From Sphingobacteriales bacterium (GTDB taxonomy: Bacteria > Bacteroidota > Bacteroidia > Chitinophagales > JADJOU01): a stretch of 64,000 nucleotides of DNA. Below are positions 62,520-64,000 of this stretch, in pieces. The position numbers were made by a program, and so were the translations under genes. The notes beneath the pieces were generated by a model that was not told the DNA's origin, made no database searches, and worked only from the letters and a program-made list of their open reading frames with translations. The stretch is taken from assembly GCA_021297855.1 (NCBI GenBank), contig JAJTHM010000063.1:203-64202 (forward strand). The letters run 5' to 3'. Position 1 is the stretch's first letter, and each line of letters begins with the position of its first letter.

Positions 62520-64000
62520 TAGTACACAGGGGGGTGGTACATTTATAGAGGATTATTTCGAACTTTGCCGCTGTGTATTTCAAGGTATCCTATCGTAAAA
62601 ATCCCGAGACTGGCAACCCAAGTGGTTACTACCGCTTAGTAGAGAGCTATAGAAACGAGTATGATCTCATATGTCATCGAACGATACTCAATGTAGGATT
62701 TATAGATCCTATCGAACCTGAACAACTCAATAAGATTCAAAAGCAGCTTACCTTGAGAGCAGAAGGCAAGATTGAACTCTTTGTGGAGGAGACGGATGCT
62801 TTGGTCAATGATCAAATCAAATTGCTTTGGAATCGATTGATAGGAGAAAAAAGAATAGACCATCCAGAAGTGGCGAAGGCGAAAAGAAAGAGGATGGTAG
62901 ATGTCGATACGATTCGCCACCGAGATGTTAAAGAAATAGGCTCTGAATGGATGGCTTATCAAGCATTAAAACAACTAGGTATCGAAGAACTGCTATTGAG
63001 CCTCCATTGGGATAAAGAGCAAGTGCAGTTGGCGACCACGCAGATAGTGAGTCGAGCAGTATACCCTGCTTCTGAACTTGAGACGAGTCGCTGGATCAAA
63101 GAGAATTCTGCTATTTGTGAAATCACCCAATATCCAATAGATAAAATCACCAAAGACAAGCTTTATCAAAGTGCCCATAGCTTATATGGTGTGAAAGATG
63201 AATTGGAACAACACCTTTCCAAACGCACCAACGAACTCTTTGACCTAGACGATAAAATTATTCTCTATGACCTAACCAACACCTATTTTGAAGGCAGAAT
63301 GCAGGATAGCAAACTAGCAAAATTTGGACGTAGTAAAGAGAAACGAAATGATGCAAAACTCATCGTATTAGCCTTGGTGATTAATCTGGAGGGATTTATC
63401 AAATATTCCAACGTGTTTGAAGGCAATATGGCAGATAGCAAAACCCTTATCGATATCGTCGGCAATCTAAGAATAAAAACAAGTGAAACTGAGAAACGAG
63501 CCGTTGTGGTCATCGATGCAGGTATTGCTACGGAAGACAATCTCGAATTACTCGTCGCCAAAGGCTATGATTATGTCTGTATCAGTAGGAGTAAACTAAA
63601 GGATTATGCCCTCTGCGAAGGGAGCGTCACCCATAAAGTACTCACAAAAAACAAAGAAGAATTAGAATTAAAACGAGTTCATAATCCAAGCCATTCAGAT
63701 TATTACCTTCAGGTCAAAAGTCCTGGAAAAATGGCAAAAGAATCAGGGATGAAAACTCAGTTTGAGACAAGATTTGAACAAGCATTGACCACTATTCAGA
63801 CTAGCCTTGTTCAGAAAAATCGTGTCAAAAAAGTAGATAAAATCAATCAACGAATAGGCAGAGCCATTCAAAAATACCCCTCCGTAGCCCAATACTATCA
63901 GATAGAACTGACCAACGAAGAAGATACAGTAAAAGAAATGAAATGGCAGAAGGACGAAGAAAAGCACAAGCAGATGGAACAAAATCTTGGAGTCTACTTT
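62520..64000 (+). mobile_element. IS1634-family insertion sequence (partial; left boundary not determined)
   Basis: Contains the transposase ORF. The left inverted repeat must lie between 62419 and 62572 but cannot be defined without the right end. Confidence 0.6.
62573..64000 (+). CDS. IS1634 family (IS4-like DDE) transposase, 3' end outside the window
   Basis: Hand translation is open from 62549 to the window end: (GTG 62573) YFKVSYRKNPETGNPSGYYRLVESYRNEYDLICHRTILNVGF...LYDLTNTYFEG...FGRSKEKRNDAKLIVLALVIN...VVVIDAGIATEDNL. It is absent from the ORF track because no stop codon is reached. Confidence 0.85.
   Translation, partial: MYFKVSYRKNPETGNPSGYYRLVESYRNEYDLICHRTILNVGFIDPIEPEQLNKIQKQLTLRAEGKIELFVEETDALVNDQIKLLWNRLIGEKRIDHPEVAKAKRKRMVDVDTIRHRDVKEIGSEWMAYQALKQLGIEELLLSLHWDKEQVQLATTQIVSRAVYPASELETSRWIKENSAICEITQYPIDKITKDKLYQSAHSLYGVKDELEQHLSKRTNELFDLDDKIILYDLTNTYFEGRMQDSKLAKFGRSKEKRNDAKLIVLALVINLEGFIKYSNVFEGNMADSKTLIDIVGNLRIKTSETEKRAVVVIDAGIATEDNLELLVAKGYDYVCISRSKLKDYALCEGSVTHKVLTKNKEELELKRVHNPSHSDYYLQVKSPGKMAKESGMKTQFETRFEQALTTIQTSLVQKNRVKKVDKINQRIGRAIQKYPSVAQYYQIELTNEEDTVKEMKWQKDEEKHKQMEQNLGVYF

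Noticed and set aside
62636-63982. Minus-strand ORFs 62636-62962, 62959-63159, 62993-63178, 63283-63561 and 63743-63982
   Set aside because: All lie antisense to the long open + strand IS1634-type transposase reading frame, which has clear family motifs.

Overview
Low-GC chromosomal segment, almost certainly from a Bacteroidota genome. Support: two large proteins ending in T9SS C-terminal sorting domains, recurrent TAnnTTTG '-7' promoter boxes, almost no Shine-Dalgarno sequences, and typical Bacteroidota DUF families. Most of the window is housekeeping: menD, rsmI, purS, surE, priA, clpC, pssA, hbd, valS, eno, a SulP transporter with beta-carbonic anhydrase, an M32 carboxypeptidase and SPFH. 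These sit among envelope and secreted proteins: a 2022-aa thioester alpha-2-macroglobulin, a 1300-aa PKD/Kazal T9SS adhesin, an FG-GAP T9SS protein, and GT39 and GT9 glycosyltransferases.

The most unusual locus is at the left end (about 1175-6167). It is a tightly coupled three-gene cassette of Hen1 RNA 2'-O-methyltransferase, then a RhuM/Fic(Doc-type) protein, then the Pnkp kinase-phosphatase-ligase. This is the bacterial Pnkp/Hen1 RNA-repair pair in reversed order with a Fic-fold enzyme wedged between the partners.

Other notable items:
- A tRNA(CAU) gene followed by two 137-139 bp tandem units, each ending in a displaced tRNA 3' half. It is preceded by a degenerate tRNA-like element.
- A DUF4160/DUF2442 pair splitting an ABC ATPase-permease operon.
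- A DUF1761 gene interrupted by one in-frame TGA.
- A stand-alone WYL protein behind a GC-rich palindrome-rich leader that carries a rare perfect SD and a 9-codon uORF.
- A decayed, internally duplicated non-coding patch (58.3-58.8 kb).
- An IS1634-family transposase ORF that runs off the right edge and is therefore missing from the supplied ORF track.

No rRNA, CRISPR array or prophage was seen. All family assignments come from motif recognition by eye; no database search was possible.
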